DNA from: Ardenticatenales bacterium | GTDB lineage: Bacteria > Chloroflexota > Anaerolineae > Epilineales > Epilineaceae | Length of the DNA stretch: 64,000 nucleotides | NCBI GenBank assembly: GCA_020853525.1 | Contig: JADYYS010000039.1 | Coordinates: forward strand, 76,587 to 140,586 | Direction: 5' to 3' | In this document: positions 1 through 10,000 of the stretch, piece after piece | Layout of the letters: every line of letters begins with the position of its first letter | Position numbering within the stretch: the stretch's first letter is position 1 | The notes under the pieces: generated by a model | The model's database searches: none | What the model saw: the letters and a program-made list of their open reading frames with translations, nothing else | What the model was told of the DNA's origin: nothing | Program-made: the position numbers and the translations under genes

Positions 1-256
1 AGGGAAACGCGGTTGGATGCTTGGGGTGGGTGGCCATCGGGTGGTTCGACTGCCTATGTTCTGACTCCTATCGCCAAGCATCCTCCCCTCCCCCAGACTT
101 CGGGGAGGGGGTCGAGGGGTGAGGGCCTCGGGCGGCCGGCCAACAATATCACCTTCCGCCGACCCCCGCGACCCCCCTCCAGCGCTTGCGACGCCGCGCC
201 CGCCCCGTTATCCTCCCTCCGCCCGTTCGCCCCCCCGCTCGCCAAGGAGCCCCCGC

Positions 257-1516
257 GTGACCGACCCCTCCGAGGCCGCCCGCCGCCTGATGCGCACCCG
301 CGCCGACATCGACCACGAGGAAGCGACGGTCCTCGCGCCGTACGCCGAGCGGTCGGCGACAAGCCGGGGGCGGCTGCATCCGAGCGAGCCGCATGCGTAC
401 CGGTCCGAGTACCAGAAGGACCGCGACCGGATCGTCCACACGACGGCCTACCGGCGGCTGCAGTACAAGACGCAGGTCTTCGTGAACTATGAGGGCGACT
501 ACTACCGCACGCGGCTCACGCACACCGGCGAGGCGGCGCAGATCGCGCGGACGATCGCGCGGGCGCTGCGGGCGAACGAGGAGCTGGCGGAGGCGGTGAC
601 GCTGGCGCACGACCTCGGGCACAGCCCGTTCGGGCACTCCGGGGAGGTGACGCTCGACCGGCTGATGCTCGAACGGATCGGGCTCGACCCGGCGGACGAG
701 GCGAACAGGGGCAAGGGCTTCAACCACACGCTCCAGAGCCTGCGGGTCGTCGAGAAGCTCGAGAAGCGCTGGCCGGGGTTCGACGGACTGAACCTGACGT
801 GGGAGGCGCGCGAGGGGATCGTCAAGCACGCCACGGAGTACGATGCCGTCGGCCTCGAGTGGATGCAGCCGTACGAGCCTGCTTGGCGATCGTCGCTGGA
901 GGGCCAGATCGTGAACTTCGCCGACGAGCTGACGTACAGCGCGCACGACCTGGACGACGGGCTGCGGAGCGGCATGATCGACATGAACATGCCCGAGCTG
1001 AAGCGCCTGGCGTTCTGGCAGCACGTATCGCACGGCATCGACGATGACGACCCGGAGCTGCGGCGGCACCGGATCATCCGCCGCGTCGTCGACGCGCTGA
1101 TCACGGACGTCGTGACGGCCAGTGCGGAGCGGATCGCGCGCCACGCACCGCAGAGTGCGGACGACGTGCGGCGGGCGGGCGAACCGCTGATGACGCTTTC
1201 GACCGAGATGCAGGCGATGCAGCGCGAGCTGAAGGACTTCCTGTACGCCAACCTCTACCGCCACTGGCGGGTCATCCGGATGTTCCACAAGGCCGTGCAC
1301 GTGCTGGAGACGATGTTCGAGACCTTCGAGCACGACTACCGCCAGCTGCCGGCCTCGACCGCGGCGCGCATCGTGCGCGCCCAACCGGACGTCCGGGCGA
1401 GCCGGCCGCTGGCGCCGGAGAGCTACCGCGTGATCTGCGATTATCTGGCGGGGATGACGGACCGGTACGCCCTGCAGGAGTACCGTCGGCTGGTCGATCC
1501 GTTCGAGCGGGCATAG
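257..1516 (+). CDS. dgt: dGTP triphosphohydrolase-like HD-domain phosphohydrolase
   Basis: Frame of ORF 119..1516. HD-domain signature (...HTTAYRRLQYKTQVF...LAHDLGHSPFGH...). GTG at 257 is preceded by AAGGAG at 244-249 with a 7-nt spacer. The upstream Pro/Arg-rich part of the ORF is judged non-coding. Confidence 0.8.
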   Translation: MTDPSEAARRLMRTRADIDHEEATVLAPYAERSATSRGRLHPSEPHAYRSEYQKDRDRIVHTTAYRRLQYKTQVFVNYEGDYYRTRLTHTGEAAQIARTIARALRANEELAEAVTLAHDLGHSPFGHSGEVTLDRLMLERIGLDPADEANRGKGFNHTLQSLRVVEKLEKRWPGFDGLNLTWEAREGIVKHATEYDAVGLEWMQPYEPAWRSSLEGQIVNFADELTYSAHDLDDGLRSGMIDMNMPELKRLAFWQHVSHGIDDDDPELRRHRIIRRVVDALITDVVTASAERIARHAPQSADDVRRAGEPLMTLSTEMQAMQRELKDFLYANLYRHWRVIRMFHKAVHVLETMFETFEHDYRQLPASTAARIVRAQPDVRASRPLAPESYRVICDYLAGMTDRYALQEYRRLVDPFERA

Positions 1517-1576
1517 GCCGATGAACCGCAGTGAGGGGCGTCGTGCGTTCGGCGCGGTGCGCGCGGTGTCGCGCGC

Positions 1577-2434
1577 ATGACGATCGACATCTGGCAGTCG
1601 ATGTTCATCGGCGCCCTCCAAGGTGCCACCGAGTTCCTCCCGGTTTCGTCCGACGGCCACCTCGTCGTCATCCCGGCGCTCCTCGGCTGGCCGCACCCGA
1701 GCCTGACGTACGACGTCGCCGTCCACATGGGCACGACGCTGGCGGTGCTGCTGTACTTTCGGCGCGACTGGGTCCGGCTCATCGCCGGCGGTTGGCGGGG
1801 CCTGCGCCTCGGGGCGCCGTGGCGGGACGTGGACGGGCGGTTGCTGTGCGTCATCGTCGCCGCGAACGTCCCGGCGGGGCTGGCGGGGATCACGTTCAAG
1901 GACTGGTTCGAGGCGCAGTTCAGCGTGCCGCGGTTGGCGGCGGGGCTGCTCATCGTGAATGCGGTGATTCTGGTGGCGGCCGAATGGATCGCACGGTCGA
2001 GGGCGGGTGCGCAAACGGGCGCCGAAGCCGGTGCGCCGGCGGACGCCGTGCATCGCGTCGGGTTGGCGAGGGGGCTGGCGATGGGCGTCGCGCAGATCGC
2101 GGCGATCCTCCCGGGCATCTCACGATCCGGCACGACGATCGCGACGGGGTTGGCGTTGGGGGTGACGCGGGAGGCGGCGGCGCGGTTCAGCTTTCTGATG
2201 GCGGCGCCGATCATCGTGGCGGCGGGGCTGTTGCAGGCGGTTGAGGTGCTGGGGGACCCGGTGGCGCGGGGGGCGATGGAGCCGGGCGGCATCGTCGCGG
2301 CCGGCTGCGTGGCCGCGTTTCTGGTCGGGATCGCGGCCATCGCGGGGTTGCTGCGGTTCGTGCGGCGGTCGCCGCTCTACGTGTTCGCGGCGTGGTGCGT
2401 GGGGGTCGGGGTGATCGGGTTGTGGCGCCTTTGA
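1577..2434 (+). CDS. uppP: undecaprenyl-diphosphate phosphatase
   Basis: ORF 1577..2434. The EFLPVSSDGH motif and multiple TM segments are typical of the BacA/UppP family. Confidence 0.9.
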   Translation: MTIDIWQSMFIGALQGATEFLPVSSDGHLVVIPALLGWPHPSLTYDVAVHMGTTLAVLLYFRRDWVRLIAGGWRGLRLGAPWRDVDGRLLCVIVAANVPAGLAGITFKDWFEAQFSVPRLAAGLLIVNAVILVAAEWIARSRAGAQTGAEAGAPADAVHRVGLARGLAMGVAQIAAILPGISRSGTTIATGLALGVTREAAARFSFLMAAPIIVAAGLLQAVEVLGDPVARGAMEPGGIVAAGCVAAFLVGIAAIAGLLRFVRRSPLYVFAAWCVGVGVIGLWRL

Positions 2435-3408
2435 TGACCGACGAAGATGCACCCGTGCCGCTGACGTTCGGCGCGCTCGCCCTGTCGTCCATGTGGGCCC
2501 AGCGCTTCCCCAACCCCGACGACCTCCGCCCGTTCTTCGACGCCGGCCGCGCGATGGGCTTCGAGCGCTTCGAGCTCAGCCACACCCACGCGCCCGCGGC
2601 GCTTGCATCGATCCCGCCGGACGTCGTCATCGCCTCCGTCCACCACCCGTGCCCTGCCGGCCCTCCGTTGCGCCCCGGCGACGACGCGACATCGCCCGAC
2701 CCGGCGGCGCGCGCGCGCTGGGCGGACGCGCTGCTGCGGACGATCGACACGGCGCAGCGCTTGTGCGCGACGGCGATCTGCGCCCACCTCGGAAGCGCAC
2801 ACGACGAGCGGGTGCGCAAGCTCTGGTTCGAGCTCCACAGCCGCTATCAGGCCGGGCAGAAAGGTTCGCCGCGCTATGTCGAGGCGCTGGGTGAGCTGCG
2901 CGACCGTCTGGCGGTGGTGGAGCCGGCGGCAGTCGAGCGGGCGGTGGACGTGCTCGCGAGCGTCGTCGGCGATCTGCGGGGAGCGGGAGTGGCGTTGGGG
3001 ATCGAAACCGGGTATCACGCGTGGGAGCTGCCGACGGCGGGGGGGATGCGGCTTCTGCTCGAAGGACTTGAGGCGGCGGAGACGGGGGCGGTCGTGGGGG
3101 AGGCGGCGGTTGTCGGGGCGTGGCTGGATACGGGGCACGTGGGGGTGCAGGTGCACGTGGGGACGGCGATGTTCGACGAATGGTTCGAGGCGGTGGCGCG
3201 CGTCGGCGGTCGGTGGGTGGGGGGGCACCGGCATGACGTCGTCGGCGTACGCGACCACCTGCCGCCGGGCGGTGGGCAATTGGACCTCACATCGATCGCG
3301 CGACGGCTAACGGCCGGTAGAAGCCTTGCGATGGTGTCGACACTTGAGGTCGACTGGTACCTGTCAGCCGACGAGATCGTGCGCGGCGCGCGGATCGTGA
3401 CGGGGTGA
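2434..3408 (+). CDS. sugar phosphate isomerase/epimerase family protein (xylose isomerase-like TIM barrel)
   Basis: ORF 2392..3408. The ATG at 2434 overlaps the uppP stop as ATGA. Composition and motifs (GFERFELSHTHAP...) resemble the TIM-barrel AP-endonuclease/xylose-isomerase-like fold. The family assignment is tentative. Confidence 0.5.
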   Translation: MTDEDAPVPLTFGALALSSMWAQRFPNPDDLRPFFDAGRAMGFERFELSHTHAPAALASIPPDVVIASVHHPCPAGPPLRPGDDATSPDPAARARWADALLRTIDTAQRLCATAICAHLGSAHDERVRKLWFELHSRYQAGQKGSPRYVEALGELRDRLAVVEPAAVERAVDVLASVVGDLRGAGVALGIETGYHAWELPTAGGMRLLLEGLEAAETGAVVGEAAVVGAWLDTGHVGVQVHVGTAMFDEWFEAVARVGGRWVGGHRHDVVGVRDHLPPGGGQLDLTSIARRLTAGRSLAMVSTLEVDWYLSADEIVRGARIVTG

Positions 3409-3482
3409 CGGTCGCGAGATGTGACGGCCACGCCATGCGACGTCGGTTCGAAGCGACGGCCTAACAGATCGACCGGTCCAGC

Positions 3483-5435
3483 CTACCCCCGCCCCCCCAT
3501 CAGCCCCTCCACCACCCCCGGATCCGCCAACGTCGTCACATCCCCCAGCGCGCCGGCGTCCGTCTCCCCTGCCGCAATCTTCCGCAGGATCCGCCGCATG
3601 ATCTTCCCGGATCGGGTCTTCGGCAGCCCGGCCGTGATCTGGATCCTGTCGGGCGTCGCGATCGCGCCGATCGCCTTGCGGACCTGGGCCTTCAGCGACG
3701 CGACGAGCGCATCGCGCGCCTCGTCGTCCGCGGGCTCGTGCTCCGGCTTGACGAGGACGTAGGCGTGGATGCCCTCGCCCTTCAGGTCGTGCGGGAAGCC
3801 GACGACGGCCGCTTCGGCGACGGCCGGGTGGGCCACGAGGGCGCTCTCGATCTCGGCCGTGCCGAGGCGGTGGCCGCTGACGTTGAGGACGTCGTCCACA
3901 CGGCCGGTGATCCAGTAGTCGCCGTCCTCGTCACGCCGACAGCCGTCGCCGGTGAAGTAGAGGCCCGGGAACTGGCTGAAGTACGTGGCCTTGAATCGGG
4001 CGTGGTCGCCATACAGCGTGCGCGCCTGGCCGGGCCACGAGCGCTTCAGGCAAAGGTTGCCGCTGATCCCGTCCCCCAGGATCTCACGCCCCTCGTTGTC
4101 CACGACGACCGGTTCGATGCCGAAAAACGGTCGCATCGCCGCGCCGGGCTTCGGCGCGACGGCCCCGGGGAGCGGCGTGATCAGGATCCCGCCCGTCTCG
4201 GTCTGCCACCACGTGTCCACCACCGCGCACCGGCCACCGCCTACGACGTCGTTGTACCACCACCAGACGTCGGGGTTGATCGGCTCGCCGACCGTTCCGA
4301 GCACGCGCAGCGAGGCGCGCGCGTGGCGGTGGACCCAATCGTCGCCCTCGCGCAGGATCGCCCGGAGCGCGGTCGGTGCGGTGTAGAAGACCGTGATCCC
4401 GAGCTCGTCGACCATCCGCCAGTACCGGCCGGCATCCGGATGGAGCGGCGTCGACTCGAACATCACCGTCGTCGCGCCGTTGGCCAGGGGTCCGTAGACG
4501 ATGTAGCTGTGTCCCGTGATCCAGCCGACATCGGCGGCACAGCAGTAGATGTCGTCGTCCCGCAGGTCGAAGACCGTCTCGTGCGTCAGCGCGGCGTACA
4601 CCAGGTAGCCGCCCGTCGTGTGGACGACGCCCTTCGGCTTGCCGGTCGAGCCCGACGTATAGAGGATGAACAACGGGGCCTCGGCGTCCATCGAGACCGC
4701 AGGGCACGTGCCGCGTTCGCGGTCCATCGCCTCGTCCAGCCAGACGTCGCGGCCGGCGGTCATGCCCACGGCCGCGTGGCTGCGGCGGGCAACGAAGACG
4801 GTCTCCACACACGGCGCTTGCGCCACCGCCTCGTCCACCGTCGCCTTCAGCGGGATCGTCCGCCCGCCGCGCAGCCCCTCGTCGGCCGTGACGACGACGC
4901 GGCAGCCGGCGTCGAGGATCCGGTCGCGGAGCGCGTCGGCCGAGAAGCCGGCGAAGACGATCGAGTGGACGGCGCCGAGGCGGGCGCACGCCAGCATCGT
5001 GTATGCCAGCTCGGGGATCATCGGCAGGTAGAGACAGACGCGGTCGCCGGCGCGGACGCCCGCCGTCCGGAGCGCGTTCGCCGCGCGGCAGACCTCGTGG
5101 CGCAGTTGGCCGTAGCTGATGTGGGCGTAGCGGCCGGGCTCGTCGGCGGCCCAGATGATCGCGGTGCGGTCCGGGTCGCGGGCGGCATGGCGGTCGACGC
5201 AGTTCAGACAGGCGTTCAGCCGACCGCCCTCGTACCACGCGAAGTCGGCCGCGTTGAAGTCCCAGCGTCCGGCGGCGGCGGGGGGCACGTCCCAGTCCAG
5301 GCGGGACGCCTCGGCCAGCCAGAAGCCTTCGGGATCGTCGATGGATCGGCGGTAGCGTTCCTCATAGTCGGCACGCGACGCCACGCGCGGGCGGGCCGTG
5401 ATCGCCGGCTGCAGGGGGCTCATCGTCGCCTCCAA
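3483..5435 (-). CDS. acsA: acetyl-CoA synthetase (AMP-forming)
   Basis: ORF 3483..5435, 650 aa. The [15 protein letters not shown]-binding motif is present and the full-length acs architecture is intact. Confidence 0.9.
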   Translation of the reverse strand: MEATMSPLQPAITARPRVASRADYEERYRRSIDDPEGFWLAEASRLDWDVPPAAAGRWDFNAADFAWYEGGRLNACLNCVDRHAARDPDRTAIIWAADEPGRYAHISYGQLRHEVCRAANALRTAGVRAGDRVCLYLPMIPELAYTMLACARLGAVHSIVFAGFSADALRDRILDAGCRVVVTADEGLRGGRTIPLKATVDEAVAQAPCVETVFVARRSHAAVGMTAGRDVWLDEAMDRERGTCPAVSMDAEAPLFILYTSGSTGKPKGVVHTTGGYLVYAALTHETVFDLRDDDIYCCAADVGWITGHSYIVYGPLANGATTVMFESTPLHPDAGRYWRMVDELGITVFYTAPTALRAILREGDDWVHRHARASLRVLGTVGEPINPDVWWWYNDVVGGGRCAVVDTWWQTETGGILITPLPGAVAPKPGAAMRPFFGIEPVVVDNEGREILGDGISGNLCLKRSWPGQARTLYGDHARFKATYFSQFPGLYFTGDGCRRDEDGDYWITGRVDDVLNVSGHRLGTAEIESALVAHPAVAEAAVVGFPHDLKGEGIHAYVLVKPEHEPADDEARDALVASLKAQVRKAIGAIATPDRIQITAGLPKTRSGKIMRRILRKIAAGETDAGALGDVTTLADPGVVEGLMGGRG

Positions 5436-5504
5436 TCCATCGGGAATGCCGTCGGGGAAGACGGGTGGCGATTATAACGTGCCCATCCTGCCGAAAACAG
5501 ACTT

Positions 5505-5532
5505 GTCCGGACGAGCGTGGCGCGATATACTC
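5505..5532 (+). promoter_or_regulatory. candidate sigma70-type promoter for nusA operon (TTGTCC-N16-TATACT)
   Basis: Seen in the divergent acs/nusA intergenic region. The -35 and -10 hexamers are near-consensus with correct spacing, about 115 nt upstream of the nusA ATG. Confidence 0.4.
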
Positions 5533-5572
5533 GTGAGCCGCCAACATGCGGGGGCCGATCGTGGGTTGCGAA

Positions 5573-5600
5573 GAGTGGGGCCTCCCCACTTTTCTGTTTG
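5573..5600 (+). terminator. intrinsic-terminator-like hairpin plus U tract in nusA leader (candidate attenuator)
   Basis: GTGGGG-CCT-CCCCAC stem-loop followed by TTTTCTGTTTGTT on the nusA strand, lying between the candidate promoter and the nusA start. Confidence 0.45.
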
Positions 5601-5645
5601 TTGGACGATCGTTCGTTTTCAGAAACGTGTCCGCGGGGAAGTGAA

Positions 5646-7331
5646 ATGGCCGTCGCAGCCGCCACAACCACCAAGTCCGAGCTGATGACCGCCGTGCGCG
5701 GTCTGAGCGCGGCGCGCGAGCTGCCGCCTGAGGTCATCCTCGAGGCGCTCAGGGCCGCGTTGCGGTCGGCGTACGACAAGATCGCCGATCGAACCGCATC
5801 GAGCGTCACCGTCGAGATCTCGGAGACGAGCGGCCAGGCCCGCGTCTTCGGCCACTACGCCGTCACGGAGCCCGAGTTCATCGAGGATCCGCTGTCGGAG
5901 TGGACGCTCGAGCAGGCGCTCGAGGTCAAGCCCGACGCGCGCGTCGGCGATACGATCACCGTCGAGGTCACCCCCAAGGATTTCGGCCGCATCGCGGCGC
6001 AGACGGCCAAGCAAGTGATCCTCCAGCGGATCCGGGAGGCCGAGCGCGAGCAGACGTACCTGACGTACGCCGACCGCGAGGGCGAGATCGTCTACGGCGT
6101 GGTCCAGAGCGCCAACCGGGACTTGATCACCGTCGCGCTCGACCGCGTCGAAGCCGTGCTGACGAAGGCCGGCCAGATCCCGGGCGAGCGTTATCTGCCC
6201 AACCAGCGCATCCGGGTCTACGTCAGCGAGGTCAAGCGCTCGCCCAAGGGTCCGCAGGTCATCGTCAGCCGTACCCACAAGACGATGCTCTCCAAGCTGA
6301 TGGAGCTCGAGATTCCGGAGATCTTCCAGGGGATCGTCGAGATCAAGGCGATCGCCCGCGAGGCCGGCAGCCGATCCAAGGTGGCCGTCTGGTCGCTCCA
6401 ACAGGGCGTCGATCCCGTCGGCGCGTGCGTCGGCATGCGCGGCGTCCGGATCCAGACGCTCGTCAAGGAGCTCGGCGGCGAGAAGATCGATATCGTGGAG
6501 TGGGACCCCGATCCGCGGGTGTTCATCAAGCATGCCCTCTCGCCGGCCAAGGTCATCCACGTCTGGCTGAGCGAGGGTGAGGACGAGGGCTCGCCGGCCC
6601 GCGGCACCGCCAACGTCGTCGTCCCCGACGACCAGCTCAGCCTTGCGATCGGCCGCGAGGGCCAGAATGCCCGGCTCGGCGCCAAGCTCACCGGCTGGCG
6701 GATCGACATCCGCGCCGAGAGCGAGGCCGGCGAGCTGATCGAGCGGATCCGCGTGGACGACGAGCTGCGCTCGCGCGACCGCGCCGCATCCGCCACGGCG
6801 GCAGCCGAAGCGCTGGCGGCGGCGGTTGCCGCTGCGGCCGTCGAGCGCGCGGCGTCCACGGACGCGGAGCCGACCGCCGTGCCCGATGCGGCCGTGCTCG
6901 AAGCGCCGGAAGTCATCGAGCCGGTTGCCGTCGCGGCCGAAACGGCCGTCGAGGTCGCCCCGGCGGCGGTGATCGAAGTGCCCGAGGCGCTCGTCCCGGC
7001 CCCGGAGGGCGTCGCGGAGCCCGTGGCCGCCCCGCAGCCGGCGGCCGTTCCGGCGGCGGGCGACGACACCGCAACGGCCGAACCGACAGGCGACGCGGAC
7101 GAGGAGACGGACGAGGACCTGCTGTTCGAGACGTCCTCCAAGAAGCGCAACCGCGGCAAGCGGCTCGTGCGCGACCCGAAGACCGGCAACCTCGTCGTCC
7201 AGCGGCGGCGCAAGGATTCGCGCGCCAGCTGGAAGGACGACGTCGACGACCGTCTGGCGGGCGAGGAGAACCTGGACGACATGGGCTTCACCGAAGATGA
7301 CTTTATCGCCGGCGGCGATGACGACGAATGA
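5646..7331 (+). CDS. nusA: transcription termination/antitermination factor NusA with long low-complexity C-terminal tail
   Basis: Frame of ORF 5517..7331. The ATG at 5646 is preceded by GGGGAAG. N-terminal domain, S1 and KH regions are recognisable (…[13 protein letters not shown]…[20 protein letters not shown]…[22 protein letters not shown]…). The C-terminal ~200 aa are Ala/Pro/Glu-rich with a basic KKRNRGKR segment and an acidic end. Confidence 0.9.
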   Translation: MAVAAATTTKSELMTAVRGLSAARELPPEVILEALRAALRSAYDKIADRTASSVTVEISETSGQARVFGHYAVTEPEFIEDPLSEWTLEQALEVKPDARVGDTITVEVTPKDFGRIAAQTAKQVILQRIREAEREQTYLTYADREGEIVYGVVQSANRDLITVALDRVEAVLTKAGQIPGERYLPNQRIRVYVSEVKRSPKGPQVIVSRTHKTMLSKLMELEIPEIFQGIVEIKAIAREAGSRSKVAVWSLQQGVDPVGACVGMRGVRIQTLVKELGGEKIDIVEWDPDPRVFIKHALSPAKVIHVWLSEGEDEGSPARGTANVVVPDDQLSLAIGREGQNARLGAKLTGWRIDIRAESEAGELIERIRVDDELRSRDRAASATAAAEALAAAVAAAAVERAASTDAEPTAVPDAAVLEAPEVIEPVAVAAETAVEVAPAAVIEVPEALVPAPEGVAEPVAAPQPAAVPAAGDDTATAEPTGDADEETDEDLLFETSSKKRNRGKRLVRDPKTGNLVVQRRRKDSRASWKDDVDDRLAGEENLDDMGFTEDDFIAGGDDDE

Positions 7332-7346
7332 TCGCGAGCGCGCACG

Positions 7347-7667
7347 ATGACGCCCCGACGCGTGCCGGAACGGATGTGCGCGCTATGCCGCGCCCGGGCG
7401 CCCAAACGCGAGTTCGTGCGGGTGGTCTGGGACGGCGCGGCGGTCTCGCTCGACCCGAGCGGCACGACGGCGGGTCGGGGCGCGTACGTCGGGACATGGC
7501 GCAGCTGCTGGGCCGATCCGGGCCTCGTGCCCAAGCTCGAGCGGGCGCTGAAGGCGAAGTTCGGTGCAGCTGACGCGGCGCGACTGCGCGCACGCGCTCT
7601 CGAACTGGAAGATGACGGCGTGGCCTGCCCAAGACGGGCAGCGCTGACGACGCGGGCTGAACGATGA
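7347..7667 (+). CDS. ylxR: YlxR/RnpM-family (DUF448) RNA-binding protein
   Basis: 106-aa ORF directly downstream of nusA. The [19 protein letters not shown] motif is typical of YlxR, as is the conserved nusA-ylxR-infB context. Confidence 0.7.
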   Translation: MTPRRVPERMCALCRARAPKREFVRVVWDGAAVSLDPSGTTAGRGAYVGTWRSCWADPGLVPKLERALKAKFGAADAARLRARALELEDDGVACPRRAALTTRAER

Positions 7668-7775
7668 CACGGCACGGCTGATCCGACGCCGCGCGCCCCA
7701 ACCTGAGGGCCGCCACGCGCGTCGGCACGCCGCCACAACTGCGACCGGACGAGTGTCCGGCGGGGGAGACGCGCA

Positions 7776-9608
7776 ATGACAGACACCACGAAACAACGCA
7801 CGACGGTCGTGATCCCGGCGACGATCCCGGTCCGGGAGCTCGCCGAGCGGTTGGCGATCAGCCCGATCGAGCTCCTGAAGGCGCTCATCGCCAACGGCAT
7901 CATGGCGGCGATCTCGGAGTCCATCGACTACGAGACCGCCGCGCTCGTCGCCGAGGATCTCGGCTTCGACCTGCTCCTCGAGGGGGCGGAGGTGAAGCCG
8001 GCCAAGGCGGCCGCGCCCGCAGCGCCGGCATCCGAGGAACCCGAGGTTCCGGCCGTGCCGGAAGGACCGGTGGTGCCGTGGTACCTCGTCGACGAACCCG
8101 CCGACAAGCTCGAGACCCGCAGCCCGGTCGTCACGATCATGGGGCACGTCGACCACGGCAAGACGAGCTTGCTCGACAAGATCCGCAACACGCGCGTCGC
8201 GGCGGGCGAGTCGGGCGGGATCACGCAGCACATCGGGGCATACACCGCCGAGCGCAACGGCCAGCCGGTGACGTTCATCGACACGCCGGGCCACGAGGCG
8301 TTCACCGCCATGCGTGCCCGCGGCGCGCAGGCGACGGACATCGCGGTCATCGTCGTGGCGGCGGACGACGGCGTCATGCCGCAGACGAAGGAAGCGGTGG
8401 ACCACGCCAAGGCGGCCGGCGTGCCGATCGTCGTGGCGGTGAACAAGTCCGACTTGCCGGAGGCCAAGCCCGACCGGATCTACGAGCAGATGGCCGAGCT
8501 CGGCGTCGTCCCGGACAGCTGGGGCGGCGACGTGTTCTTCGTCCAGACGTCGGCGTCGACGGGCACGGGCATCGACGAGCTTCTGGACGCGATCCTGTTC
8601 ACCGCCGAGGAGTTCCCGCCCAAGGGCAACCCAAGGCGCCTGGCGCGCGGAACGGTGCTCGAGGGGAAGGTGGACCCGGCGCGCGGTGTGGCGGCGACCG
8701 TCCTCGTGCAGAGCGGCACGTTGAACCGTGGCGATCTCATCGTGGTGGACGACGACTTCAGCAAGGTGCGGGCGATGTTCGACCACACCGGTGCCGAGGT
8801 GAAGACGGCCGGGCCGAGCATGCCGGTCGAGATCCTCGGCCTGAACAAGGTGCCGAGCGCCGGCGCCAGGTTCGAGGTCGTCAAGGACCAGCGCGCCGCC
8901 AAGGGCCGGAGCGGCGACTACTCCGACAGCCACGCCCGCGTCTACAACGTCATCGCGCGCCCGCTGACGCTCGAGGAGCTGTTCGCCCAGGCAGCGGCCG
9001 GCGACGTGAAGGCGCTCAATCTGGTGGTCAAGACGGACGTGCAGGGGATGGTCCAACCGGTCGTCGAGACGCTCGAGAAGCTGTCGGGCGAGGTGAAGGT
9101 GGACATCCTCCACGCTTCGGCCGGCGACATCTCGGAGAGCGACATCAACCTCGCGGCCGCGTCCGGCGCGGTCGTCATCGGCTTCCGGAGCGCCCCGGAC
9201 GGGCGGGCGCGGCGCATGGCGCTCTCCAAGAACGTCGAGATCCGCGAGTACGACATCATCTACAAGCTGTCCGAGGACGTCGAGCTCATGCTCAAGGGCA
9301 TGATCGATCCGGTGTACGAGGACAAGGTGATCGGCACGGCCGAGATCCGGCAGGTCTTCAACATCACCAAGGTCGGCCGCATCGCCGGCTCGCTCGTGAC
9401 CAGCGGCGTCGTCCGGCGCAACGCCAAGTCGCGGCTCCTGCGCGGCGGCGAGCTGATCAGCGAGTCGTCGATCTCGTCCCTCAAGCGCTTCGCCGAGGAT
9501 GTTCGCGAGGTGCGGGAAGGCTTCGAGTGCGGGATCGGCTTGGACGACGGCAGCGTGCTGCAGGTGGGCGACGTCATCGAGGCCTGCATCCGCGAACGGG
9601 TTCGATAA
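7776..9608 (+). CDS. infB: translation initiation factor IF-2
   Basis: ORF 7776..9608. G-domain motifs [25 protein letters not shown] and NKSD are present, with IF-2 C-terminal domains. Confidence 0.95.
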   Translation: MTDTTKQRTTVVIPATIPVRELAERLAISPIELLKALIANGIMAAISESIDYETAALVAEDLGFDLLLEGAEVKPAKAAAPAAPASEEPEVPAVPEGPVVPWYLVDEPADKLETRSPVVTIMGHVDHGKTSLLDKIRNTRVAAGESGGITQHIGAYTAERNGQPVTFIDTPGHEAFTAMRARGAQATDIAVIVVAADDGVMPQTKEAVDHAKAAGVPIVVAVNKSDLPEAKPDRIYEQMAELGVVPDSWGGDVFFVQTSASTGTGIDELLDAILFTAEEFPPKGNPRRLARGTVLEGKVDPARGVAATVLVQSGTLNRGDLIVVDDDFSKVRAMFDHTGAEVKTAGPSMPVEILGLNKVPSAGARFEVVKDQRAAKGRSGDYSDSHARVYNVIARPLTLEELFAQAAAGDVKALNLVVKTDVQGMVQPVVETLEKLSGEVKVDILHASAGDISESDINLAAASGAVVIGFRSAPDGRARRMALSKNVEIREYDIIYKLSEDVELMLKGMIDPVYEDKVIGTAEIRQVFNITKVGRIAGSLVTSGVVRRNAKSRLLRGGELISESSISSLKRFAEDVREVREGFECGIGLDDGSVLQVGDVIEACIRERVR

Positions 9609-10000
9609 TGGCCACGCTCCGACAGCGCCGCATCAACGAGCGGTTGTTCGAGGAGCTCTCGCTCCTGATCCCCGGCCCGGCGGATGAGGACGACGCGCTG
9701 GCCGACGTCGTCGTGACGCGCGTCGAGACGACGCAGGACCTTGCGACGGCCAAGGTCTATTTCCGCGCGCCGACCGAAGATGAAGCAGAGATCCAGGCGA
9801 TCATCGTTGCATTGAAAGCGGCCGAGTTCGGGCTGCGGGCCGAACTGGCGGACGTCGGTCTTCGTCGCCTGCCGCACCTCGTGTTCGCGTTCGACCGCGC
9901 CTTCATCGCCGGCAAGCGCGTCCTCGACCTGCTCGACCACCTGTCCGAGGATCCCGAATGGACCGGTGAGGGCGACGATCCCGGCGCCAAGGCGCCGTGA
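9608..10000 (+). CDS. rbfA: ribosome-binding factor A
   Basis: Its ATG overlaps the infB stop as TAATG. The product [21 protein letters not shown]... is typical of RbfA. Confidence 0.85.
   Translation: MATLRQRRINERLFEELSLLIPGPADEDDALADVVVTRVETTQDLATAKVYFRAPTEDEAEIQAIIVALKAAEFGLRAELADVGLRRLPHLVFAFDRAFIAGKRVLDLLDHLSEDPEWTGEGDDPGAKAP

Noticed and set aside
30-60. tRNA-like T-arm-like string GGTGGTTCGACTGCC near window start
   Set aside because: No acceptor stem, anticodon arm or CCA context could be built around it, so the match is a chance one.
149-2053. Long Arg/Pro/Gly-rich ORFs antisense or out-of-frame to real genes. Examples are 149..2053 -, 3738..5477 +, 4084..5238 -, 6218..7924 -, 7383..9113 -, 9903..13514 -, 10985..13450 +, 15223..16929 +, 15515..18550 -, 17148..18833 -, 20355..22883 +, 23112..24596 -, 25493..27436 +, 28196..29997 +, 31241..33874 +, 35303..36640 -, 36586..38301 -, 39240..41168 +, 46708..48573 -, 48026..49180 -, 49288..51228 -, 55399..59163 +, 55421..57640 -, 57575..59338 + and 59801..61849 +.
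   Set aside because: These are typical shadow ORFs of a 70% GC genome. Their composition is extreme (R/P/G/A) and they have no recognisable domains. Each overlaps a well-supported gene on the other strand or frame.
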